From Tubulanus polymorphus (taxonomy: Eukaryota; Animalia; Nemertea): 64,000 nt of DNA. Below the pieces are notes generated by a model. That model made no database searches. It saw only the letters and a list, made by a program, of their open reading frames with translations, and was not told where the DNA came from. Of the stretch, positions 22,801-35,200 are shown piece after piece. Location of the stretch: NCBI RefSeq assembly GCF_964204645.1, contig NC_134025.1, positions 23,664,299-23,728,298 of the forward strand, given 5' to 3'. The translations under genes were made by a program, and so were the position numbers. The number at the start of each line of letters is the position of its first letter. Position 1 is the first letter of the stretch.

Positions 22801-25800
22801 ATAAATGACGATCATCTGATTATGAACAAATGGACGCAAATTCAGACTAGAGACATAACGCGCCAACGCACATATTCTCGTAATTGAGCAGATTTATCAT
22901 GTATCAATTTTTGTATAATTTCCGTATAATGTTTGGTATCTCCATCAGACGAGAACTGTTGCAATTGGGCTACTAACATTTGACATAAGTCAACTGCTTC
23001 ATCATTTTGTGACTGTAGGTATTATCACACGCGTCCTTCTAATATTCCAGATTTAGACGATACTAAAGAAGATATACTATTAAACTAACCTGAACATTTT
23101 CCTTTTCTTATTACTTTGATCGGTCGCTTTTCGCAAGTTTTCAAACGCAAAATCTCACATCTGGATTGATACGTTCGACCGTCTGAGGCACATACTTCTC
23201 GCGGCTTAATCTGCGTACAGTTCACCGAACAATTTGTGCTTCGACGGAATCGCAATGATGAGATCTAAAGAGAAGAAGATTAGCATGTCAGTCAAAATTG
23301 AATATTCTTTGTTGAACTGAAGTGAATATCCTAATGACGATTTCTGAAATTGGTTCATTAATTAACACATTTCTCTCAACACTATTTTGGTTTTGGATGT
23401 CTGATCTTCAAAAAATAAACGTTGTCGAAAAGGACTCGGGATAGAATCGTTGCATCTATTTTGTTTCGGAAAGCCTTTTCTCAACGGATATCAAAAGCTG
23501 CCGATGTATCGAAGCAGAATGGGAAACGACAAAATACCGGAGAGATTAAAATGTCGGTTAGGAGGAAATGTTGTCCTACTTTTGGTGGTCATCAGCGTAC
23601 ATACATACGAATGAATGTAAAAGGAAATACGTGGCACGTGTAAGGAAACTATATATTGCAGAGAACTTGCGAGAGAACAAAAAATTTGAAAATTGTCAAA
23701 ATCGGTGGTACTAATTCGGCTGCTTTTGTATTTGTTTGTTTCTCAGCTACGGATTCTTTAACTAGCTCGACTCTTTAAAACATTAAGAAAGATCATCTCG
23801 TAATTTTTCGACGTTTCTTTCTGATAATTCGTTTGGCCACCTTCAAAACTTACGTAAACCCCGAGTAATGAACTTCATCGGGTCACGTGTTAACTATTCA
23901 CCGCAACCCATTTAGACTATTTCAACCAGAATTGATGCACTCAATAAAGCGAATTACGGTGACAAAAAACCACCGTACGTGCAACCACCCTGGAGAAAAT
24001 CTGCTTGATTCTTTGCGAGGTTCGGCACCTTTTTTCCAATTTTCGATGCTCGCATAAACACAGCCGTCTTCAAGTGAAAAAATGCCAGGGCGGATCTAGG
24101 GGAGATGTCAGGGTGTCCAAACCCCCCCTCAAATTTGAAGTGCCCTCAAAATGTCACCCCAAAATATTTTTTGGACCAAGGTTTTCCACCCATAATAGTT
24201 TTTTCAACGCATGAAATGACCGAAAGCACCCCTTAAAATGTTGTAGAAGTATCCGGAGTACGTAGTGTTTCGTAGATAGTGCCCTTTTTTCTCATTGGAC
24301 CCCCCTCCCCCCATGGAAAATCCTAGATCCGCCCCTGATGGATCACATTCGATTCGCATTCGATAATCACATCGCGTTTACAATAACTGCCAAATGAGCA
24401 AAATGGCTTCGATGTAGTTCAAGAGACTCTCACTGTCCTGTCGAGATTATAACACTTTCTCTTGTTTATGGGCTTCACATATGTCATTACTTGAGGTCAG
24501 CGTAAAATGAGCTACCTCAACTGACATGTAGATACAGGGACATATAATGTAGCTTACACACATTTTTTACATTGACTTGATTATGATCATTTTGATTTTC
24601 AAAATGCTCGTAAAACGCTCGTAATATATTTTTACATAATGTACATAATCTTATTGTTACTTATTCTACCATAATCATAATGAAGCAACGAGAGCCGGGT
24701 GCGGGCTTTCAATAAAACTGAAAAACTCATTCTAGATTCCTTCTTCTATATTGGAAAAAAACTAGAAACAACTGCGTTTAGATTTCCCGATAGTTCCGAC
24801 ACTGCTGTGATAGTTTTTTTCTTTAGATTTCAGGTACAAATTCTTAAACGAAATCGTTTGGTTAACGACCGGAATTCTTTCGAAGAAAAGAAATCGGCCC
24901 GTACTTTTTTCTGCTTTTAATTGTAAAGAGAAATGATTTTTCGCATTTCGTGACCTCCCATATAGTCTGGATGATATGGCAGTGTGCGAGGATATCTATC
25001 ATTATCTAGATTGAAGTCTTGTAAATGCACTCACTGCTCCATTGTGATGGGCACGATTTGGATATACAGGAGTCTATTTAATTCAATGAGATAAAAATTA
25101 ATAAGCGACAATACTTTTCATAGTCTGCAGTGTGTCATCATCGCCGTTGAAATATGTCAACGCCGAGTAGATTAAAGACCAGACGATTTGTCAAAAATAG
25201 AATGGTCGCCCGGGTTTTTGAAGACTTCGCAATATTACGATATAAGAGTGGCTCTATTAGTTTATTATCGGTACATTATACCGATGCGCAAAACGAGAAA
25301 TAATTTCAGGGTCGTACATGCAAAATATTATGAATGTGATAATCGCTTTGTTGATAACGCTTATTACACTATGGTGCGTGAAAAATAGCAAATAACAATG
25401 TCGATCTACAAAACTACAGCAGTCTGTAACTCGGTGAAAAAATGCGTTTACTTCACGGGCACCTATTGCGACGGGGAATAAACACCCATACGTTGCCACA
25501 GGGCTCACATTGAAGCCGAAATACCACCTTCGAAGCGTCGGAAGTTTTGATTAACAATTACCCGACAGAAATGATCGAGAGTCTCTTAGCTGCCGCGACT
25601 ACGGTCGGAACAGCAGGGATCTTATTGTTGAATCGCGGTGACCGGAAAATCCGTACGCGACGGCATCAAAACGATGATGTTGCTAAGCATAGTCCGTATT
25701 TTGTAATTTTGATTTCTAGCCCACCGACCGAACACGCTGCGAATTTTTCAATTGAGAGTGTACTTTTCAGCTAGATAACCTCGATTAGATAGATTATATG

Positions 25801-26084
25801 GAAATATATATGTGCAGAAGATGTTTTTGTCCTTAGACAATCATATCTACATATCAACAAAACCATATCTAGATATATACGTGGGCCTTGAAGCAAAATA
25901 ATTTCATACCTAAAAAGACTTAGCATAAGTAGTTTTTCAAACGATATAATACGTACTATATTGCATAATGATATATGTTTCGAACCTGACGTACCTGTTG
26001 TAAACCTTCAGTGTAACTAAATACTAGGAATCCTGTTAGGCATATAGTTTGTAATGTATTCCACGACAATACCCTGTGTTCCAT
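16883..26084 (-). CDS. SMOC: SPARC-related modular calcium-binding protein (SMOC / pentagone-like)
   Basis: Signal-peptide exon 25995-26084 (MEHRVLSWNTLQTICLTGFLVFSYTEG). Kazal/FS exon ~23090-23264 (VCASDGRTYQSRC). Thyroglobulin-1 exons ~21365-21592 and ~17869-18106 (QCH..TGYCWC). EF-hand exons ~19693-19914, ~17381-17468 and 17037-17207. Last exon KRKGPNPFSKYLHSD* ends at 16883. Confidence 0.9.
24085..24337. mobile_element. MITE with ~16-bp terminal inverted repeats in SMOC intron 1
   Basis: CCAGGGCGGATCTAGG ... CCTAGATCCGCCCCTG, flanked by ATG on both sides (possible 3-bp TSD, PIF/Harbinger-like). Confidence 0.75.
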
Positions 26085-27372
26085 ATCACGATTCCGATCT
26101 CTTCAAGTCACTTCTGATCTAAATATTACAACCAGGGAGAGAGCTATAAATAATATCGTATCCTCTAGTCGGACTCGTTAATGACTGTCGATGGAAATAT
26201 GGGGTAATCGCTGATGTGAACCATACGTCTCGATTGCGAATGAATGTCACCAGAAAGAGCGTGCAGCCCACGCCGTGTTTTCGCGACAATTGACAGGGAA
26301 CCAACTGCACATAGACGACCAGACAGTCGCACGATATTCACCGAATGAACATCAGCCCAATGAAACGTTACGCTAAATCCCAGAATCGTAATCGCTCGGT
26401 CATGTGATTTGACTAATGCGAAGAAATATTTCTCTTTGATTGGTTCTGGTGCGAATAGCATGCCGATGTTTATATGAAAAGCGCGTGTAGATCTATTTAC
26501 AGCTCGAAAAAGGGCTCGAAATTAAAGTCTGATGGGTCACGGTAATGCGTGCTTTTCGTTAATTTCGCAATGGATCGTCCGCAGCGCAGACACGTTTTAC
26601 ATGCGTGTGACGTGATATATTATACGCTTAAAATATTCTCGCGTTTAATACGACACGATCAAGAGGCAATATTCATTGAATAACTGGGCAGATAAATGGC
26701 ACACCTGCGAAAACATCCATTAGCCCGTCCATTATTTTTCAAGTACGGGACATTCTTGTAGATCTTGGAACTTTCAACTCTTGAAAGTCCCTCGCTTGTT
26801 TTGAGTGCCGGCGGTGCACCGAAATTCGTGAGATCGTGAAAAGCGTTGAAGTTTTTTCCCGCACAAACCGGTTTTCACGATTTTTTTTTAGTAACCGAAC
26901 ACAACCACAATTCACGCTGTAAAGCAAGCATCGAGTTAACTAAAAGGAATTTTGAAACTGTGGCCAATCAGCAAAAGAAGTCGTTCCTTAAATCTCGACC
27001 GTGATAGCTTCCGACAAATTGCCATATTTTCTCTCGGAAATTTCTCTCGTGCCAAAAAAGTAGAATTTGTGTGATTTTTGTGCTGCTTTCCTTATGGTCT
27101 GCGTGATGAGAAATTGTAAACGAAAAATGTCATTACAAACCAAATATTCAGATATATATATATATATGTATATCATATTTTATTTTCCTTTTTATGTACG
27201 AAATACACAGGTTTCATGATTTGTTAGAATATGTGAAATCGTAGATACACGTGTTTCAAAAATCTGAAAAAGAAATAGAAATATGTAACGAGGAATCAAG
27301 TATACAGTACAGATTTACGTAGCGAAAATGTGACATAGTAATCGCATACGTACATTTTCAATTGCGATGAAG

Positions 27373-27492
27373 TTAAGCGCATTTACATAATGGACAACCA
27401 TCGTTTCCCATTACGAAACCGTTTGGACAGTACATTGCGCAGGCGACACATGGCTTGGCTGAAAAAGATGCATTGTATCATTTAATGGATTC

Positions 27493-27527
<35 letters not shown>

Positions 27528-30500
27528 CACAGAAAGACAAGATTGATTGAGACAACTTACATCTCTTCTTGGCTGAAATCAAATAAAAATAAAACCGTTT
27601 TGTACCTTAGAATAACGTGATCGACTATAGTTTGAATATAATTCAAAGTGACTAATTACCGATACTTCGTTTCGACTTTTTGCATTTGCAAAGTGGGCAT
27701 CCGTCCTTTCCCATCACGAAACCATTTGGACAATACATCTTACAGGTAATACAGGGTTTCCTCTTGACAAGTGATGCTAGAAAAATATTTGAAAGCATTG
27801 GAAAATACTTTGAATACTAATGTAGAGAGTTGTTGGTTCTCGTTCTTTGCAAATGTTGCGTCTTTTAGTGAAAATCGGAGTAATGATGAAAATGATGGAG
27901 AACATCGATTAATCAAACTTATGCTAAATGAGGCTGATATTCATCTCACCCTTGCATTTACAGATGAAACAACCATCGGGTCCTGTTTCAAATCCGTTCT
28001 CACAAAACATAGCACACATTGGACGACGAGCGCATTCTAAAGTAACAGATTTCATAAATGTATTGTTTACCGATACAAGTATTATCACTATCATTTAGGC
28101 ACTAGTATATTCACCTTCAGGGGTAGCTTTGCATTTACATATGGGGCATCCGTCATTTCCCGTAATGAATCCATTCGGGCATTCCATGAAGCATGTTTTG
28201 CATGGAGCTAGAAATTAAAATGGCAAAGATGAGGTATATATGCGTTAATTGTTATAGAGCTGTGATGTCTGATGATTAATCCGTTATCATTTACCTCTCT
28301 TTTGCATTAATTCAGCTGAAAGGGGAATATCCGTGCGATTAGTATTCCTTAGACAAATTCCTTAGATACGTCGTGTCATTTATGATATAACTAATAAAAC
28401 TTACGTGTTGGTTTGTCGTTACATTTGCAGATTTGACAACCGTCCGCTCCTCTCTGGAATCCATATTCACAGTACATCATGCACATCTCATTTCCGCATT
28501 CCGCTGAAAAAAAGAATATTTAATATCTGTAAAATTCATTTGACATTTTTCAATATTTCCATAGTTTAGTAATACTTATTCTTAATCATCCACTGATATC
28601 AGGTTTTTTGAAGACACACTTACGTTCATTTCTTTTGGCCAATTCAGCTGGAAAAATGAATACATTTAAATATAGTATAGAGTTTTCAAAATACAGATTA
28701 TCGAGAAACGCTTGAAGGTATATAACCTACGTTTTGGTGGGTTACATTTGCAAATTTCACAGCCGTTAGCATCAGTTTGGAATCCAAATTCACAGTACAT
28801 CATGCACATAAGTTTACCGCATTCTAGAAGGGGATTCAAGGTTCGATAGAATTCATTTTCAGTAAAGAATTTGGTCGATTTTTCATGATAGATATATATA
28901 TATTTTTGGTACTTTACCTCGTTTCTGCCTCAATTCAGCTAAAAAGACAAAAAAAATAAAATAATGAACGGTATGGAAAAACATCATCTTGCAATAATAC
29001 ATAAAATTCAGGGAAAAATACTTGAAGTCTGATATGAAAATGTACGTATTCAATCTTTCTCGATAGCAAAAAAACTAGGTATGCAACTTACGTTTTGGCG
29101 GGTTACATTTGCAAATTTCACAGCCGTTAGCATCAGTTTGGAATCCAAATTCGCAGTACATCATGCACATAGCTTTACCGCATTCTAGTTGGAAACCGAA
29201 TAGATATGATGTAATTAAGTGACCAAATAATGATAAAATCAATTCGAAATTAGTTTACTTATTTGGAAATGTCTATTTTACCTCGCTTCTGTCTCAATTC
29301 AGCTAGAATTATAAATAAAAATATTTTTATTTTTCAATCAATTCTTCTCTTATATTTCTTAAGTATGTGACGGACAATAAACTAATAAAACTTACGTGTT
29401 GGTTTGTCGTTACATTTGCAGATTTGACAACCGTCCGCTCCTCTCTGGAATCCATATTCACAGTACATCATGCACATCTCATTTCCGCATTCCGCTGAAA
29501 AAAAAAATTTAATATCTGTAAAATTCATTTGACATTTTTCAATATTTCCATAGTTTAGTAATACTTATTCTTAATCATCCACTGATATCAGGTTTTTTGA
29601 AGACACACTTACGTTCATTTCTTTTGGCCAATTCAGCTGGAAAAATGAATACATTTAAATATAGTATAGAGTTTTCAAAATACAGATTATCGAGAAACGC
29701 TTGAAGGTATATAACCTACGTTTTGGTGGGTTACATTTGCAGATTTCACAGCCGTTAGCATCAGTTTGGAATCCAAAATCACAGTACATCATGCACATAA
29801 GTTTACCGCACTCTAGAAAGAGATTCAAGGTTCGATAGAATTCGTTTTCAGTAAATAATTTGGTTGATCTTTTTATGATAGATATATCTGTCAGATACTT
29901 AACCTCTTTTCTGCCTCAATTCAGCTAAAAAGACAAACGAGTAAAATAATGAAAGGTATGAATAAAACATCATCATGCAAACAATGTATAAATTCAGGGA
30001 AACACTGGAAAGGTCAAATATGAAAATGAAAATGTACGTATTCAATCTATTTGGGTAGTAAAGAAAGCAAGGTATGCAACTTACGTTTTGGTGGGTTACA
30101 TGCGCAAACTTCACAACCGTTAGCATCAGTTTTGAATCCAAATTCACAGTACATCATGCACATAACTTTGCTGCATTCTAGTTAGAAACCGAAATAGATA
30201 TGACGTAATTAAATGACCAAAAAAATCATAGAATCAATTCGAAATTAGTTAAAAATGTCTATTTTACCTCGCTTCTGTCTCAATTCAGCTGGAAATTATT
30301 AATAAAGATAAACATTTTTTTTCAATTTTTCAATGTATTCTTCTCTTATATTTCTTAAGTATGTGACGAACAATAAACTAATAAAACTTACGTGTTGGTT
30401 TGTCGTTACATTTGCAGATTTGACAACCGTCAGCTCCTCTCTGGAATCCATATTCACAGTACATCATGCACATCTCATTTCCGCATTCCGCTGAAAAGAA

Positions 30501-32184
30501 GGATATTTAATATCTGTATAATTCATTTGAGATTTTTCAATATTTCCATTATTTAGCAATACTTATTCTTAATCATCCACCGATATGAGGTTTTGGAAGA
30601 CAAACTTACGTTCATTTCTTTTGGCCAATTCAGCTGGAAAAATGAATACATTTAACTATAGTATAGAGTTTTCAAAATACAGATTGTCGAGAGACAATTG
30701 AAGGTGCATGCAACTTACGTTTTGGTGGGTTACATTTGCAAATTTCACAGCCGTTAGCATCAGTTTGGAATCCAAAATCACAGTACATCATGCACATAAG
30801 TTTACCGCATTCTAGAATTAGATTCAAGGTTCGATAGAATTCGTTTTCGGTAAAGAATTTGGTCTATTTTTTATGATAGATATATCTGTTAGGTACTTTA
30901 CCTCGTTTCTGCCTCAATTCAGCTAAAAAGACAAACAAGTAAAATAGTGAACGATATGAGTAAAGCATCATTTTGCAAACAATATATAAAATTCAGGGAA
31001 ACACTGGAAAGTTCAAATATGAAAATGTATTTATTCAATCTTTCTGGAAAGAAAAGAAAGCAAGGTATGCAACTTACGTTTTGGTGGGTTACATGCGCAA
31101 ATTTCACAGCCGTTAGCATCAGTTTGGAATCCAAATTCACAGTACATCATGCACACAGCTTTACCGCATTCTAGTTGAAAACCGAAATAGATATGATGGA
31201 ATTAAGTGACCAAATAATGATACAATCAATATGAAATTAGTTTACTCATTTGGAAATGTCTATTTTACCTCGCTTCTGTCTCAATTCAGCTAAAAATTGT
31301 AAATAAAAATAAACATTTTTTAATTTTCAATCTATTCTTCTCTTATAATTCTTAAGTATGTGACGAACAAAAAATAAAACTTACGTGTTGGTTTGTCGTT
31401 ACATTTGCAGATTTGACAACCGTCCGCTCCTCTCTGGAATCCATATTCACAGTACATCATGCACATCTCATTTCCGCATTCCGCTGAAAGAAAAAACATT
31501 CTAACTCATAAAGAATCGTAACCTTATTATGTAACTAATTAAATACTATTGATTGTTCATTTGTTTACGAAAAAAATGGATTTATAGCTCGTATTTCGTC
31601 GTATGTTTTTACAATTATTCGACAATAAGAGGTTTTCAAAGACAATCTTACGTTCGTTTCTTTTTGCCAATTCGGCTGGAAAAAAAGAAAATCATATACA
31701 TCATATATACGATCAGGAAATTGATGATGAGTTACTATGTTGTGCAGCAGCCACTTACGTGTTGGCTTTGTGTTACATTTGCAGATGTGGCAGCCATCAG
31801 GTCCTGTTTGGAATCCGAATTTGCAGAACATTTTGCACATGGGACGTTTGGAACATTCTATCGAGAAAAATGCATACTGAAATTACTATCCATAATTTTT
31901 TTTTGTTGAAATATCTACACGTATATATTATGGTATTGGACACATTTGGTTGAAATTTACCTTCGAGAGTAGCTTTACATTGGCATTTTGGACACCCATT
32001 TTCACCCATCACAAATCCGTTCTCACATTCCATAAGACACTGCCGGCATACTTTCGCTGAAAATGTATAATTATTTATATACGGGCATGTCAATTTGATC
32101 GATTACATATATATGGGGATAATTCAAACAGGACTTACCAGTAGCAACGACTATCAGAGCAGCGAATATTATAAGGAGCTTCAT
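27373..32184 (-). CDS. Antistasin-like secreted polyprotein gene 3 (signal peptide + 16 domains, 12 cleavage-site micro-exons)
   Basis: Signal exon 32139-32184 (MKLLIIFAALIVVATG). Domain exons with lower coordinates 31961, 31759, 31385, 31078, 30719, 30392, 30085, 29720, 29396, 29092, 28731, 28405, 28115, 27950, 27660, 27373 (TAA). Micro-exons encode PELAKRNE, PELRQKR, PELMQKR and AKKR. All coding introns are phase 1. Confidence 0.9.
28385..31490. repeat. ~993-bp tandem repeat (3+ copies), each unit = 3 domain exons + 3 micro-exons + introns
   Basis: A near-identical ECGNEMCMMYC exon recurs at 28405, 29396, 30392 and 31385, with conserved introns. Confidence 0.92.
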
Positions 32185-32241
32185 GGTTGGTTTTGGTTTC
32201 GTTGGTGCGGGAGACTTGTAACCTGTACTGAGCGTTACGGT

Positions 32242-32278
32242 CAATCTGAATCAAACCTGAAACTTCCGGGTTTATATA
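32242..32278 (-). promoter_or_regulatory. TATA box + initiator of antistasin-like gene 3
   Basis: Minus-strand TATATAAA at 32278-32271 and TCAGATT ~30 nt downstream, ATG at 32184. Confidence 0.55.
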
Positions 32279-35200
32279 CAAAGGTTCTGTCAATAATCAC
32301 GAGATAGAGGATCAATTGAAAGACCTGTTATCATTTTTTGATGAGGTCGTTAAAAACGATACTTCTACATTTAATTATGACACTACGTGTGAGAATGAAA
32401 AATATGTTTCAGCGATTATGGTTGTCTGATTGAACAGTAACGTACGCACACATTGATTTCACGGCCAAATAATTCTCTAACAGAAAAAAACCGGTTTGGT
32501 TGAAAGGTTTTCCTTAGTCAATGCCTCATGGATTCCAATGTGTTGTAATATCCCTCTTGGAAAATTAATACCGTAAGTAATTGATGCAAAAAATAATGAA
32601 CGTATGCGTCACGAAATTCGGCAGTCATCTGGATTGATAGTCCGAAAGAGACTTACTTTGAAAGTTCATTTATTACATCAACACGTATATCAATCGGGTC
32701 AGAAACCATCGTCGCAGACATATGAGTTTTTCAACAATTTCTCAATGTTAGTGTGATTTAATCAGCTCTATTGTTTGACGGTATTGAACATACATACGAT
32801 CTGATTTCGAAACGAATGTAACACAGCTACCACATGTTGATATATATATATATTACATGCATGTAAGGTACTAAAATTTGTTCATATTACACTGTTGGAC
32901 TGTTGAAGAGGATTGCATCGGTTATGAATTGGAAAACGAATGACCAAGATGCAAAAAGTCAGCTGATATGCAGACGAAGAATTAAAGCTTTTTGAAAGGG
33001 AATGCTTCTCATTCTTGCATTAGTAGTCAAAGACGATACGATGAATAAATCATTTGGATACAATTATTATGAATTTCTTTTTATCCAAATGATTTTTGAG
33101 AGATAGATACGTGATATGTAGTGTTGTTAAAACATTTATACTTATACAATGATAATATGATGGCGTCGTATATTAGGATTAAGGTTATTCGATATATTTC
33201 ATGCCAAATAAAATCTCCATTTATTGTGAACAACAACTGGTGGGATTATTCGATGACTGATTGAATGCGAAAGCAAGCTGCTATCTAATGTCGAACACAG
33301 CAATCCGTGAATGTGCCACGGCATTTCGGTTGTTTCCTACATCGCCACCGATCCATATACAGGCTGTGTGAACAAACAACCGAGAAGTTCCGGCAGCAAT
33401 AAAACTTTTAATTTCGAAAAAAGTTCATCATGGGATGTCGTTAATTCGTTACGTTAATCCTGTTAGTGCGGGGGATTTCTTTCTGGTGGTGAAAATGAGG
33501 AAACATCTGCCGGTATTCTAGTGCACTTTGTTATTGATTACAAAGTTAAGGGTAAATAATCGTCTGTCAGGAAATATGACGCATAGCCCTATCATTCGAT
33601 CTAATCTTCTCAAGTCGTCATTTATCAACCGAAGCTCTGTTTCCCGCTTTACTACATTGCTCCATTCCTTATTCATGTCATCTTTTCGCACAAAAGCTAG
33701 TCAAAATTGATCTCGAGTTATCTATAGATACTGGTTATATTATATAAGAGTGGGTGAATTTTTGTTTAGTGAATTATGATCAATAACCACTCACAGCGCA
33801 TTTATCACTTATTTCTTTCATGTTCTGTGTTTCATGTTGTGTTGTCTCACAAGGGCGCCATCACCGGGGGAGAGGGCAGAAGGACAGCAGCCCATTCACT
33901 CGATATGTGTCTACTCATGAAAATATTTCTGGGATCGACCTTCGTGTCCACCGTTCTCAGCTGTGTTAAGATTATTTGTGCTCGATGGCACAAACGACAA
34001 GAAAATCTCTACAAGAAAATACTTTGCTGCTCGTAGCCCTGTACTAGCGCTGAGTGAAATAATCATTAAATATGAAACTTTATGCTTTAGAATATATATA
34101 CTTTTATCAGACAGGAAATGATAGAGAATAGAATATGCAGCATAGTTTTAGATGAAACATATGCAACGAAATCTGCAATTGCAATTAAACAGAATGATGA
34201 GTTATGTTGTATCACATACGCACATATCCTTGGTTCTTAAACATTACATCAATATTCCGGTGTGCCGCCGATACAATCAAACGACCATATCAATAAAAAT
34301 TCATTTTATAGTGTTACTTCCCTCATGATAGTCTATGACGTCTATGCACTTAACCCAGTCATCGAGCGACTTTTTAATCTCGAAATCAAGCTCAAGATGC
34401 TGTTAAGAATGTATCCCCGTCATATAAAACAAGCACTCGGCGATGAGGGTAAGCAATTGAACAGCGTGCCAAAATCTTCTCAATCGACACTTAGACGTTT
34501 TTCTACGAAACAGAAAACTAAAAACATAATTCCCCATACTGAACGTCTTCATAGGAATATTTCATGAAACCGAGTCGTTTCATTTTGGATTTGGGTTTGT
34601 TATGATCGCTTAGCCTACTTTTTGGAGTACACGGTATGTTTAATTTGGAAATGGTGAATTGACGACACTAATAATTTTGTAGAGACGTCCTTCCATTTGC
34701 GAAATTGTCTGGTGTTCAAGTTACGGGTGCACAAATGCGATTGGGTCCGCTAAACACAAACAATTCCCGGAGTACCATTAGTTTAAGTTGAAAGCTGCAG
34801 CCACCATCCTATATTCTAGCTTCCGCCAAGGTGTACGTAGGTGCGCGTATAATTGAAACTGGTGACATGCGGGGTTGTGCAAGATGAAAATGTAATTGGC
34901 TCCCGAGAGGTTGTCAGCGCAAAAATTGACTTTTACAGATTGATTGATAAAAAAAATTCTGAAATATCTCCTTGAAACCAAATTTAATGTATCTTGGTAA
35001 TGTAACATTCGTGGTAGCTCTCATACAGAAAATACATTTTCAACAAAACACATAACTTTGATAAAACGTCTATATGAGATATCTTTACGTATTTTGTATT
35101 ATAGAATGTATGTTTGTTTTGATCGGCTAGATCTTAGATTGCCGTTCGTAAATTCTGGAAGCGAAATTGTGAAGTTGCTAATAAAAAGGATGAAAATTTG

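Noticed and set aside
28385-31490. Regular repeat-spacer pattern superficially like a CRISPR array
   Set aside because: The repeats are eukaryotic exons with GT-AG boundaries, and there are no cas genes
33850-34046. GC-rich ends suggesting another MITE
   Set aside because: Only ~5 bp of terminal complementarity and no TSD
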